A DNA stretch of 62,695 nucleotides, filler included, from Choristocarpus tenellus KU-1152 (lineage: Eukaryota > Protista > Phaeophyceae): NCBI GenBank assembly GCA_964200185.2. It is 13 parts of 13 records of this genome, joined end to end, with 100 filler letters (N's around TTAATTAATTAA, not from the genome) between each part and the next. Parts side by side here need not be neighbours in the genome. Positions count along the whole stretch, not along the records: positions 48,990 to 53,457 come from CAXNAD020014406.1; positions 53,558 to 59,382 come from CAXNAD020009663.1; positions 59,483 to 62,695 come from CAXNAD020021490.1; 10 more parts are not named here. One strand, given 5' to 3'. Each line of letters starts with the position of its first letter. Position 1 is the stretch's first letter. Below the pieces are notes generated by a model. It searched no databases and was not told where the DNA came from. It saw nothing but the letters and a program-made list of their open reading frames with translations. Positions 49,032 to 62,695 of this stretch are shown in pieces. The position numbers and the translations under genes are program-made.

Positions 49032-50682
49032 ACAACCACCACAATACTGTTGTAGATAACAATTATAATGGCTTGGCCATCAATGTGTCGATAATACACA
49101 ACAGGAGTCTGGTCAAGCTTTTTTATTTCCGATATCGGAGTAGATCAGAGCATTCACCGCAGCTTTTCTAATAAATCAGACAGATCAGGGAGGCAGTTTC
49201 CACGGTTGTTAGGGCTAGGGTTGAGGTTGGTTACCTCTGCGGTCTGTCCGATTCATCTAGAGACCTATCTTGAACGATCCAGTCCCCTCCAATGTCGGAA
49301 GTTTTACCGGGTCCCCACTCTTGCATAGTACAGGATGTGAGGACATTTGGGGCATACATAGCTAACATTGCTCTAGGTTTGCGCTGTGGTAGCATGTGGT
49401 AGTAGCCCCTGTAGTGAGTCTGCAGACACAAAATTTCGATGCATATAATGAATTCTGTGTTACAACAAATACTCTAGAACAATTTGAAACACTATGGAGC
49501 GAAGTATGGATCCAGAACCACCTTGAGAAATGCTGGTGCGCTCTTGTGCTCTGTATTACTGAGGACAGGTTGATGCGGATTTGAGGGCAGACAGGGAAAG
49601 AAGGCCAAAGGAATATTTTCCAGATTTTTTCATGCAGCATATTCAAAGGCGAGCCGGGGTCCAGGTGATGGTTTGAATGCGTGCTCCGAAACGTACCCTT
49701 CTCTTGAGCTAACCAGAATGGGTCTCTCTAGATCGTTTGGATTTCCTCGTGGTTCCATTGTCTGTCGAAACCGAACTTCCTTCCCAGAACTGGAATGTGG
49801 TCTTCATCTGGGTCAGGTGGAAGAACAGATGCTTTTGCTTGTTTTGGACTGATGCTGAGGATGACCATGAGGTTCCGAAAGATAAAAAAGAGCAAGGCGA
49901 TGCTTCTGATACATGCTAAGCCTTACCCAGCCTGTCTATGACCTGAGGCCCTGAGTTGGATAGATAGTGGAGACCTCATCATGGAGGTGGAAGTATAGCT
50001 GATTCATTTGTCCCCCCTAGCTAGTCACAATGCAGCACATCCTCATACAGCAGGTTTGTATTTCTCTTGGCTCTGTTCCCTTCCATACATGTCTTTGGTT
50101 TACCACTGCCACTATGGGTAGGTATTGGCAGACAAGGAAATGCGCTGCATAATGGAAGCAACCATGCGATTGGCTGGCCGACCAAGGGTGGAGGTGTTTG
50201 CCATCATGCTGGGCTTGAAGCCGGGCTTGGTTGGCCTTAGGGTCGTCAACGCAATAGCGATGGAGCTTGTTGTGATTCTATGTGGGGGTAGCTGGGCAAC
50301 GGTGAGTGATCGTGAGTCATCTGTACTGCCCTGGCATTCAACATAACATATGTAGTAGCATATACAGCAAAGTCAATCTCCTTTGAGGTGAAAAGGGAAT
50401 TGCAATTTAGTTGGGAATGCTGTGACAGCTGTTGGTTTAACTGTTGGTGGATACTTCTCAGTGTAAATGGCACGGGGGCGATTGTATCCACCGTTCACAA
50501 GTGACAACATCATTGTCCTCTGTGAAGTATCCTAAGAATCAACACCCTCTCCCCTAGAATATCTCTGGCCACACTTGAGGCAGTACCTACGGAATGGTTT
50601 GTGGGGGGTGCTACATTTTGTTTTGTTCATGGAGTGATTGGAGGGGAATACTGCATGAGAAGAGGATAATAATAAAGGTTCT

Positions 50683-51205
50683 GAGCTGAAGTGAACGAGA
50701 GGTACCTAGATTTTTTCGTTCTGCACTTTAAGACAGTTTTTTGGGCTTTTGCAATTCACTCATGTTTCTATGGATGAAGTGCTAAGTTTGACTTGAAAGT
50801 GTTGATTTCCTCTATTTTTGAGACTTTCGACAGAATTTGAGCCAAAGTATCTTAGAGGGTAGAGCAGCGTCCATTTGGGGGCCAAAATCCAATGTTGCGA
50901 TTTTGATGTAATTTTGGCTATCGTGTTCGTTAGGAAGTGTCAATATCCTTGTTTCGGATACACCTTTTCATAACGTATACTTTTTACCTACTCCGAAATT
51001 TTCGGAGTAGGTAAAATATCATACAAATCCTGTGGGAAGCCAAGCCCCAAATGGACAAACAGGGCAAAACTAGTACCTTCTGAGATACTTTCGCTCATTC
51101 AGAAAATATCCTATGTACCCATTTTTTTTTAAAGCCGAATTTTGTACATGTTTGTGTGAACATCCTAAAAATTCAACTCTGGGTACCTCTCATTTACTTT
51201 GGCTC
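50683..51205. mobile_element. MITE family C (outer element)
   Basis: ~28-bp imperfect TIR GAGCTGAAGTGAACGAGAGGTACCTAGA / TCTGGGTACCTCTCATTTACTTTGGCTC. Confidence 0.7.
50839..51096. mobile_element. MITE family B copy nested in family C element
   Basis: GAGCCAAAGTATCTTAGAGGGTA...TACCTTCTGAGATACTTTCGCTC, with flanks ATTT/ATTC. Confidence 0.92.
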
Positions 51206-52918
51206 CCTAGAAAAAATTGAATCTTAAATCTCTAGTCCTAAGTCTGCACCCCTTCAGGTTTTGATTTTGTTCTTCGAACAGGGACATTCAGTAATGCATG
51301 CCATGATAAATATATATATTTTTCAAGAGTTATAGTGGGGTTCTAGGGCCCAACAGGTAGCAAAAGCTACCCAGCATTAGAAATATTTTTACCACTTAAA
51401 TGATCCAACAGTCTCACAATAGGCCACCCTCTACTTCCACTACAACAGTTGAAATACAATACATTACACTTGCTCAAGGGGGTACACACCCATGACTACG
51501 CTGTCAAGGTATTTTATAAAAGACGCAGCTGTAGAAGAGGGTAGCGACGCAGGACCTAACATAAAAATAAGACGGCGTGCAGGGTAGAAGGAAACCCGGA
51601 CTGCTTACTTGAGGCAGGTCTGCTGCTGCAGGTAATATACAAGAAGAGAGAAAAAGAAAATATCACACGGTGCTGTGTTATGGTTGATGAAATGTTGACC
51701 TCCTGTTTCTTTGCTCTTTTATATTTGCGTTGGATTTACAAAGTACGAACAAATACCTTTTTTTTTGTAGCTCATAGTATGTTTCATCATGGAAAGATAC
51801 ATCCCACCTGTGCAAAACGTCTCCAGCTCAAGGTTACCGCAACTAACCCCACCCCAATTCCCCTCCCCCAATCCCCCTGGGAATGGTTGTATCTTACTCC
51901 CCTTTGTCCGCCTTCTGGGTTGCCGCAACCACGACCAAACTCCATATCAACAAGGTACGGGCACAAAACGTCAAACGCAAGCTTAATGGTCCCAAGCAGA
52001 GCCGCCTGGTGCCTCATACTACGGCACTGCAGGCCCTACAAACACTATTTAACAAATCGCGGGTCAGTGTGGACTGGGCCCTGGCCTCTCACCGGTGGGT
52101 GCTGGTAGTATCTGAGGGGGGATCTGGGGATACATATTCATTTAGTTTTGCAGGTGAAAAAGGAGTGTCTTTGGGGTGAGGATGGAAGTTCCGATACCAA
52201 AATCATTGGAACATATGCTTTTGAATGCAGGCAGCTGATGCTATCTAAGACCCCAAAAACTGGGCGGCGGATTGCGTCTATGTAGTTCGGGGTAGGAAGA
52301 GGGAGGGAGTGAAGTGGAGACTCATTGGAAGGGGGTGTAATAAATGCTTTGGCAAGCAGGTTCATGTGTACAGCTAGCACTGGATGGATCACCAACGTTG
52401 AGTTTCCAGGTGTGACAAGATACATGGACAGCTCAACATACTGAGTTTAGTTTTTTCCATGAGGTGTAGAAAACTTCCCATCCCTCCACACACACTCTAC
52501 CGCGCATGCATACTACCACACACCCTAAACCTAACCCTAATAACAAGAGGAGTTGGGGATTGCGAGAAAGGCAGGCAGTACCACGCTATTTTTCTCAGTA
52601 ATAAGTAAGAATAGGATGCGCAGGACTTCAGAAATTGTATCGCTGCTGTTTCTTTCGCATCCGTATTTTAAGACCATGTGTATGCAACGGTTTTTCTGCA
52701 GTTGCCTGTGGAAGCTATGTTTGTTGAGTGGTGGGGGTACGTATTGAGGGAGGGAGGCGACTGCCAGGTATTAGGTTTGACTTGAAGACCTCATTTCCTC
52801 TACCTGTCCACGATTAGTTAAGCATCCAAAATGTTAGTAAGGAACACAGGAGAGGCAATGAGCCATGCCGCTATAATGTCATTCCTTGCTGACTCTTGAA
52901 TATACGCACTCCACTATC

Positions 52919-52978
<60 letters not shown>

Positions 52979-55969
52979 TCCTACCGTCCCTTTTTTTTTT
53001 CTTCTCCTCTCCCTTTTCTCGCACCTTTTTCTTNNNNNNNNNNCTTGAATATACCCCCCCCCCTACCCCCCCCCCCCCCCCCCCATCCTCATCTCACACT
53101 TCTACATCCCTAACCCTGGGTTTGAAGTGCAATGGTCATTTTTCATATAAGCTACTCCTTCTTGGTGCAAACTTATGTATGTCGAAAACAACCAGTCCAG
53201 CGTGCATCCAGATGGGATTCGATCCGCCGTGGCCACCTGAGACTGTGATCAAGCTTCACAATGACCTTCTACGCCTCTTAACGGGACAGAGTTCTAGAAG
53301 GGGGCAGGCAGGGGATAAAAAGGTACCTAGCTCATAAGATTGTACATTTCTTAATCTAACTTCAAACATTTTACCCTGCCCCCCACCCCCTCCCCCATCC
53401 GAAAAGCACCCCTCCTAACTCCCGTCCCCCCCCAAACTCCTTTTCCGTCTTCTTCTTNNNNNNNNNNNNNNNNNNNNNNNNNNNNNNNNNNNNNNNNNNN
53501 NTTAATTAATTAANNNNNNNNNNNNNNNNNNNNNNNNNNNNNNNNNNNNNNNNNNNNTTGTTATTTTGTTTTGGGTATGGCGTGTGGAAATATTGTTGAA
53601 GGAAGGGAAAGGGGGGGGGGGGGTGGGTATTGAAAAGATCAAAGAACAGGGTTATGCAATTTGGGATCTGCAAGGTGGGAAGAATGGTTGTCTAAGATCA
53701 CATACATGCTACCCTAGGACAGATGTAGGGATCAATACAAGGAGGGGAGTAGTGTAAGAAAAACAGTTCTATTTTCCCTATGTAAGAGCAAGGAAAACCC
53801 TGACAAATCATTGAATATTGCATTTTATTATAGCTGTGTGTTTGTGTATATTGTATAGAACAAAAACATGTGTGACAAAGGCAAGACTAGCTAAATGTAT
53901 TTTGAATCTTGTCCTAGTTAGGTCAGCAATGATAATTCCTTGAAACAAACTCAAAGTTTTTTCCATTGTAATATATTGATAGTACATGCGTTAATACTGT
54001 GTGTTACCGTTGCATACGATCTTTCTAATAAACAGCTCACTGACCTCAGAAGTCAAACATGCCAATGTCATATGCTGTGTGACAATCTGATTTTAAATCA
54101 TGCTGGAACACGTTCCTGTTATCTTTTGAACGATTTTGTAAAAGCAATGACATGTGTCTTTGAGGCAGTAAATGGACCTGACACTATTATCTGATGCATC
54201 TTTCTATGAAAGTTTTACCTAACGTTGCATCAAAAATTGTTGCACAATCTTCTCAAATCACTTCAAATGCAATACTTCATCTGTGTCAACTTTGATCCAT
54301 GCAAAAACTCTCTCTACTCACTGGAGCCATTCAGAACAAGTGTTAAGTTTCTACCTTATAGGAATATTGGTGTGGAGTTGGTGGATTCTTTCTGGTGTAG
54401 AAATGTCTTCTCCATGAGGTACCGACATTTGGGATGAACTCTGTGATTGCTTGTAAAAAAAGGGGAGAATGAACATTTCAAGTATCACAATCCCTTCAAC
54501 ATACCGCTGCGACAAGGAGAGAATAATGACAACCCTGAAAAACATCACTGCGACTAATCTCCAATATGTTAGTGTGAAAGTACCAGTTTTTTCCAACATT
54601 CTGTTAATATTCTTAATTTTGTGGTACAATTCTTGAGAACAGTTTCGAACTATTTTTATATTCCATTATAAATCTTTGCCCTATCGTATGACTCTTACTT
54701 ACCACACAGAATGATTGAGGGTTAGGGATACTTCATACTATATATGTATGTATATTTTACAACGAATTTACGCGGCAACACCATTCTAACAAGTTTCAGT
54801 TTACTCCTCACAATTGAGAAAGGGAGTAGGTGCAATATAGTACTTCTTTGTCCCACTTTAAATACCTACTGAACGAAATTTTGAGAGGTGCTTCTCTCCT
54901 CAACAGACCATTGTGTTGTGGGTAGGGGAATCATTGGAAAGTTGCCCCTTCGTGCTGTACTACCTGGTGCCACGGTGCAGCAAATTTCCCCACCTCGTGT
55001 GTGTATAATTTACACGATTGCTTCAAAAATATTGACTACATTCACTAAGTGGTGTAACCCTATATGAGCATCTGCTGGACACCACAGTCATGAAGCAGGA
55101 GGTCTCTTGGGTAGTAGACCTATAAATATGGATTACAAGAAGGCTTTGTGTTACCTACAATGCTATACAGCACAGTAACTACCCAGTGATTTACTACATA
55201 AACTCCTTTCCTTGTTTGGGAGGGGTTCAATGTATGAATGGGAAAAACGATTGTGTGACTCCCCTACAGTGTTAAAAGATGACCCCCTTTGTAGGAAAAT
55301 CATTATTACTGGATGTAAAGATAGGATTTGCTGTTGGTGTATGTGATCATGGGAAAGACAAAGATCCACGACTAATGATGAACAGACAGTGAAACAGGCA
55401 AGCTTTACGCTTAACACTTGACATTGATTGATCCATTAATCAGCACACACCTAAGTTTGGCGCACGAGCAGTGGTACTTGAAACATGTCAGAGACCTTTT
55501 GACTAGAAAGAAGAGACACACAGTGAATGTCCAGACTCGTGGTTATAAACACATGACAAGAATGAGGAGAGCGCAATGTGTATAGTATGTAAAATATGTA
55601 AAAAGCAGAGTTACAGAAATGCAGCAAATCCAGAAACCAATGAGACATGGCAACATATGTATCAATAATAGTCAACATCGATTGGAGGACACAAAGTAGA
55701 AACGTACAGACAAAACTAAAAGTAACAAGGAAAAAAAGGTTGAATACACAAAAGAACAAAAAGTTCAACTATACACGTGTGCCAAGAAATTAGTTCCAGC
55801 GTACACCGGAAGCAATCAACACCAAGGTTCAACGCCCCCCCTCCAGTGCCACCTTACCTGCCGTAAAGCCCATCCAAACACCAACTGTCACCTGTTGCAA
55901 AACGCGAGACGCAAGAACACCAGAAAAGAGATCGGTGAGAGTAGTGAGCGTGTTATCCCACTTGCTTGA

Positions 55970-56540
55970 ATGTCTTCACCTGCGACATTGACGCGATGAA
56001 CTTCTGCCAATTTGATGACTTTTTTGGCAGGCTACCCCGCCCATGAAGTACTTGGTTCCAACCACGCACGAGCGCCTCCTCTGCTGATTTTCTGCGTTAG
56101 CGATTTGAACGCCACCCCTCGACGATAATCGTGAACGACCCAAGACAGTCTTGGAGGCACACCCATCAGTTCTTCTCCTGTCCACCCTGCCTCCGACTTT
56201 TATCTGCAAGTTTACCCCAAACCAACCTTTGGTAGCTGCTCATCTCCAGTACGTGGAACTGACTCTGGGAACAATAGTCTCTGTTTTCGCACAAACGCCT
56301 CGGTATTGTCACACAATGTCTTCTGTAAGGCATCTTTGTATGAGTGGATGTGTGATGGTGGGAACAAAGCTTGGTATGGTGGACATGTGGTGAATCCACG
56401 TCACACAACCACGCAGCAGAACCTCAAGTACCTCAGGCTTGAGCATTCAAACGTCAAGCTCGGGCAATACACCTGTGGTTCTCTCAGAAAGGGTATAACA
56501 ATGGTTGCGGGAATAGTTCTAGTTTTGTTCATCCAACCAC
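55970..56540 (-). mobile_element. RTE-type LINE 3' relic
   Basis: Decayed MLKPEVLEVLLRGCVTW ... QLPK / LVWGKL...GGQEKN*WVCLQDCLGSF, matching the post-RT region of RTE elements (LLYGCxTW, RLPK). Confidence 0.7.
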
Positions 56541-56579
56541 TAAACTGTCATTGATATCAACGTATCGTGATAACTCCGA

Positions 56580-57500
56580 GTTCAACAAACCTGTCAGTCT
56601 GCTGTAGATCTGACCCTACACATGCGTCTGCCTAATGTCTACTGTATTTTTTGAAGGTTCAAGGCGGATAGTATATGTCTATAGCTCGGACACAGTCAAC
56701 TTAAACGACCTATTCACCATCCCAATTACTGTCATCATCCTGAAACGCCGAACTTAGAAAGTGCAGGGGACAGGAGATCATTGGCAAACATGTTATACAA
56801 CTTCTGCAGGTCCATAAAACGCATGGAATGAACTGAGGTATCCACTTTCCTATTCGAACCTCCGGAGAACGTGCAATGTATAGGTTACATCCTATACCCA
56901 CTGCTGTGGTGCATCAAAGGCGGAAACCACACTGTTTCCGGTTTCACGTGACGGATGTATTACATGTATATTCTAGATGAGAGGTTGGTACATGTCAACC
57001 AAAATGTCAGAAAATAAAAAGTAAAAGATCATAACGAAACCCATATAACCTCCAAATCAAACCTTGACCTGTGAGGACCACGAAAAAGGCATCAAGCATC
57101 AGGCAATCCCCAAATCCTGTGAAACCCGTGGACAGAAATAGTTACCACCAACCCGGCAGAGCCAACTTAACAATGTCTTCAGCGCCACCTGGGACAAGGA
57201 TCTATGTCGGTCAACTATCTCCGTGAGTTGATCCCTTGCCCAATATCCTCACTTTTGTCATAGCATGAGGCAAAAGCACCACCGCCTTGAATTTTGATTA
57301 CAGATGGATCGGACAAGGCGGATTCGTTGTTGGGATCTTAATTCCCAACCCCCATGCTTGGTCTGCGGCGTTTACTTTATGTTCTTGAATCTAGGAGTTG
57401 ACAATAGGGAGAACACCCCGTACATCTAAACCATGACATCCTACGATTTCTTTGTTCTTTCGTAGATAAGAAGTTGGCAGCATATCCGTTACATACTTAT
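56580..57500 (-). mobile_element. Ty1/copia RT-RNaseH relic
   Basis: Decayed FQDDD (cf. FEDN), RAIDIYY (cf. KHIDVRYH) and HV.GSDLQQTD (cf. HVxSxxQxAD), in copia order. Confidence 0.55.
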
Positions 57501-58095
57501 TACAAGTCTTCATATGTACATGTTGTGCATCCTCTTGTAAAGACGTTTTCCGTGTTTGAGATGTTGGCTCCAATTTGAATATGCCGATTTGCTGAACACA
57601 TGTTTGCAATGTTGGTTTTCTTAAGTGTCGTGGTTTTCCATTACAAGCAAAATGACCCTTCTACTTTTATAATGATTGACTGACTTCTTCCTCATTGTCG
57701 CTGTTAGAGGTCGTCCTGTTCAGTAGTTTTCTTTTTATTCTCCAGGAGCAGTGCTTTGGCAGTCAGGTACAGGCAACGTTTTCACTTGAGAATGGGGACG
57801 CAGCGCTCAGTTTCTTTTTGCCGTTCCTCTTTAAATCAAAGTTAGGAGGGAATACTGTACTGCGGCATTTACAAGTTTAATTTGCCTGTCGGATATTCTT
57901 TTTCTTGTACTTCAGCACTAGGCACCGAGTATTTATTACCTTGCTATTGTCTTATCATCAGTATCGTACCGAGATTTGCGCCATGCAGTATGGTCACAAG
58001 ATTTCCATCAACCTCTCGCATGTCACCCTTACCTTGTGCATGGTCATGCTTTTATTGGTGTTTTCTCTGCGCTTGACTCTCATCTTGTCCTTCAG

Positions 58096-58150
58096 GCACA
58101 CCCGTGATAGAGATCTGGACCGGGTGTTCTCTAAATTTGGAAAGATAGAG
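58096..58150 (+). CDS. Exon of an RRM (SR/Tra2-like) RNA-binding protein
   Basis: An AG..GT-bounded exon encodes HTRDRDLDRVFSKFGKIE, the typical RRM helix 1. Partner exons were not resolved. Confidence 0.55.
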
Positions 58151-59191
58151 GTCAGTCGTGTGGTCCGTGAGTCTACATCCCTTTCCCCCCTACCCTCCCA
58201 CCACTAACACTTACCTTGAAAAATTATAGGACATTTTAGTCTACCTCATCGCAACCACTCTTAGGCACTCTTTCTCAGGGTCTAAGATCCAATAGTGGGA
58301 TCATACCGGATAGCAGAAGTGAGGCACTGTAACTGATGGGAAGTGGAAAGGGAAGAGGCTGAGGGAGGAGGGTATTAGAGTGGACATGAGGGGGATGGGT
58401 GTGGTGTACTTCTGGAGGTGATCGAGGATGAGGTTGAAAAGTCCACTCCTTGTGAAAGTTGAGATGATATTCTCCTCTCAATTGCATGGCTGTTTGGATT
58501 GTAACCCCAACCCTAAGAATATCTAGAGTGACACCCAAATCCCTTTCACCTGATGTAAGGCATGCAACCAAGGCAGGTGATAAATATCTTCTTGGAGTGT
58601 CCGTGCTCATCAGAAATAAGACTGCATTTTTTTTGTTGCATGATTGTACATTTTTGTTGTTAGGAGAGCAATTTAGGGAGTTATATGATACAAGTTGCTA
58701 CAACAATGCTGTCGTGTGGAAACCCCACCTTCTAGAAGTCTAGCATTGCCCAGATGATAGAAATAAGTGTTTTTCCCGAATATGTAGACTGTGGTATGTT
58801 GCACTGTGTGCAGGATTTTGTATGCATGTGAATCAAACCCCTCCCCTCTACCCCTATTTCCCTTTTTTGTCAATCAGTACATGCCCTTCCCTCCTTCTCC
58901 GTGCCTGCTCTCTTTCCTTCCAAATGCATGTTGACTCAGACGGCACTCAGTCCCCCTCTGACAAGAAAAAAAAGGTTGTAAAGCGAAGCTTCCTGAGTTC
59001 TCAACTGTTGATGTTGCTGCACTGTTTCATCTTTGAAACACGTTTACTGTGGGAGAAAGTGTAGATTTAGGAGCACAAAGGCTCTTTTGGAAGCCCCTGC
59101 TCTTGCGACCTGCCCTCTCTGTAACCTCAGGCTCACCCCTGTGAGATACTGTTCCCTCCCCCCGTGGAATCCTTACATGGTGAAGATATTA

Positions 59192-59340
59192 GGCTTGAAG
59201 TATCAGGGAGGGGGTTGCATCTGTCCATTTGGGGGTGATTTGCTTGCATGAGTCGGATATATAATCTAAGTGCACTTTTCCTGGTCAGGGCCCAAATGGA
59301 CACCCTACTGTAAGACCCCCCCCCCCCCCCCCCCCCCCCC
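59192..59340. mobile_element. MITE family A copy (inverted, internally deleted)
   Basis: ggcttgaagtatcaggg...tgcacttttcctggtcagggcccaaatggacaccct. Confidence 0.8.
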
Positions 59341-59911
59341 CCTCCTCCCTTTCTTCCCCCCCCCCACGCGACCGCCGCGGGGNNNNNNNNNNNNNNNNNN
59401 NNNNNNNNNNNNNNNNNNNNNNNNNNTTAATTAATTAANNNNNNNNNNNNNNNNNNNNNNNNNNNNNNNNNNNNNNNNNNNNGGGGCAGCAGGGAGGTGT
59501 TGTAACTGAGTCAATGCAGATCATGAAAAAAAAAAAACTTGACAATTACAGAGTACATTCAGACACAGTTTCCCGCACCTTCCACAGTATCTGGTATCTG
59601 CAAACAAACAAAAAAGTATCATTTCAGAGTGGCAAATAAACTCACTTGGCACTTGTACCAAACTTCACTTATAATTGTTCATCCTTCCCACATGCCAACA
59701 TAAGTAAAAACACAAATATACAACCTATCAAACAAAAACAAAAAAAATCCCCTCCACTGCCCTACCCAGCCCCCCCCCACTTCCATCAAACAAGACATGC
59801 CTCGGCTCAGAGTAACCAAAATACCTAGCAACATAAAGGGGGTTTTGCCAAATGACCAAAGCAGTTCAGTGCTAAGAATTGACAATCACTAGCATTGTTA
59901 CATTTGGTCAC

Positions 59912-61642
<1,731 letters not shown>

Positions 61643-62695
61643 GATCTCGAGACCAGCACTTGGAAGAGATAGCCTCTTCGTAGGATCTGGGAGATATAAG
61701 TGTGATACTGGGTTACCAGGTTGCCAGGTTTAAGTGTGAGACACTAACTGTTGGATCAGAGGTGGAACATTTTCGCACACACCCAAGATCATCGATCATC
61801 ACACAATAATAACACGTTGTCCCACATACGTCAACGTATGTAAGGCACCGAAACCTCTTCCTTTGTATCCTACATACGTCAGCTTAGAGTAACTAAACTC
61901 CACCTCTCACATATATCACAAGATTCATCAGTGGCTGAGTCCACTAGGTCACCTCTTCCCAAACAAGACATCAAGCCTCTACATAGACCACTTTATAAGA
62001 ACCAACGATTCATGCAATTCAAGGTATTAACAACTTCTTCTTTATTAGGGCCAAATTGGATATTTGACCGTTTGAAGGTTAGAAGACTGCTGCTTGCAAA
62101 GCTTTGAACTTTTGCTCTGAACTAAATCAATTGAGAGATACTCAAGTTTGCATTCCTAGCCACCTTTCTTGCCCTGTGCAATACACTATTTCATTGCTTT
62201 ATGTGTACAATAGCCATGCAAAACGGATATTCCCCCTTGCCACGCACGAAGTGACACCCTTATTCAGCCAAGAAAGACTCTTTCTCCAATTAATTTTACA
62301 AAATGGAACATTTTTGCCCTTTCTATGGTCCTAAGAACGCAACTCTGCCTACCTCTCAGTTGTTTTCACTCTGTAAAAAGTGCAAATATAGCCTTTCCAC
62401 GTGGGAATACAAGCAATCAAATAATCCATGTTAACCAGAAAACTACTAAGTGGGTCAAAGTTGCCAAAGGCTAACCAGATAATTCTTTGAAATTGCCAGG
62501 GAGCAATTGATATCCCCAACGTCATTCTCCTTAACTAAGAACATATTTGCCTCTGGAAGTGAGAAAAGCTGTCTTACAATATCAACCTATAGTAACTGGA
62601 ATATATCAATAAACACTCTTTTGAATCGTGTGATTCTGTGGCGGCGTGGTTCACTCAGGCAAGGGTGGCGAAGAGAATCATCGGGCAAGACGGAC

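Noticed and set aside
49200-50500. Cys-containing coding-like relic (YVCPKCP), possibly a CxC/KDZ transposase
   Set aside because: Too many stops and no second diagnostic motif.
52522-52540. Telomere-like CCCTAA units
   Set aside because: Only 2-3 imperfect units, and internal to a contig.
52919-52975. Long poly-C tract encoding poly-Pro (also 7771-7808 and 59316-59342)
   Set aside because: Homopolymers next to gaps and contig ends, likely sequencing or assembly inflation.

Overview
Eukaryotic genomic DNA, most likely a brown alga (Phaeophyceae) or close stramenopile. That assignment is an inference from a brown-algal-type Cys-rich module, an RTE LINE of a type seen in brown algae, and the intron style. 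The window is not one locus: it is 13 short contigs joined by artificial 100-nt linkers (N44-TTAATTAATTAA-N44), so adjacency across linkers means nothing. Hand-spliced host genes are: a partial sacsin-like gene; a secreted TPR protein; a Mut-7/EXD3-like 3'-5' exonuclease; a small multi-TM protein with a probable GC-AG intron; a complete 6-exon aspartate aminotransferase (about 417 aa); a repeat/RS-rich protein; an RRM exon; and the 5' half of class III alcohol dehydrogenase. The most interesting gene is a single-pass receptor with a Cys-rich ectodomain, a Pro/Thr stalk, a TM helix, an MLKL-like four-helix-bundle domain and the start of a TKL kinase. It is a candidate 'receptor-MLKL' immune/cell-death module. 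The second theme is a Sola-like DNA transposon system: an intron-rich DDD transposase pseudogene plus four related MITE families with G-R-G/G-R-C termini and 4-bp TSDs, including a 46-bp minimal element and nested insertions. Relics of DD39D-like mariner, CRE, DIRS/Ngaro, RTE and copia elements are also visible.
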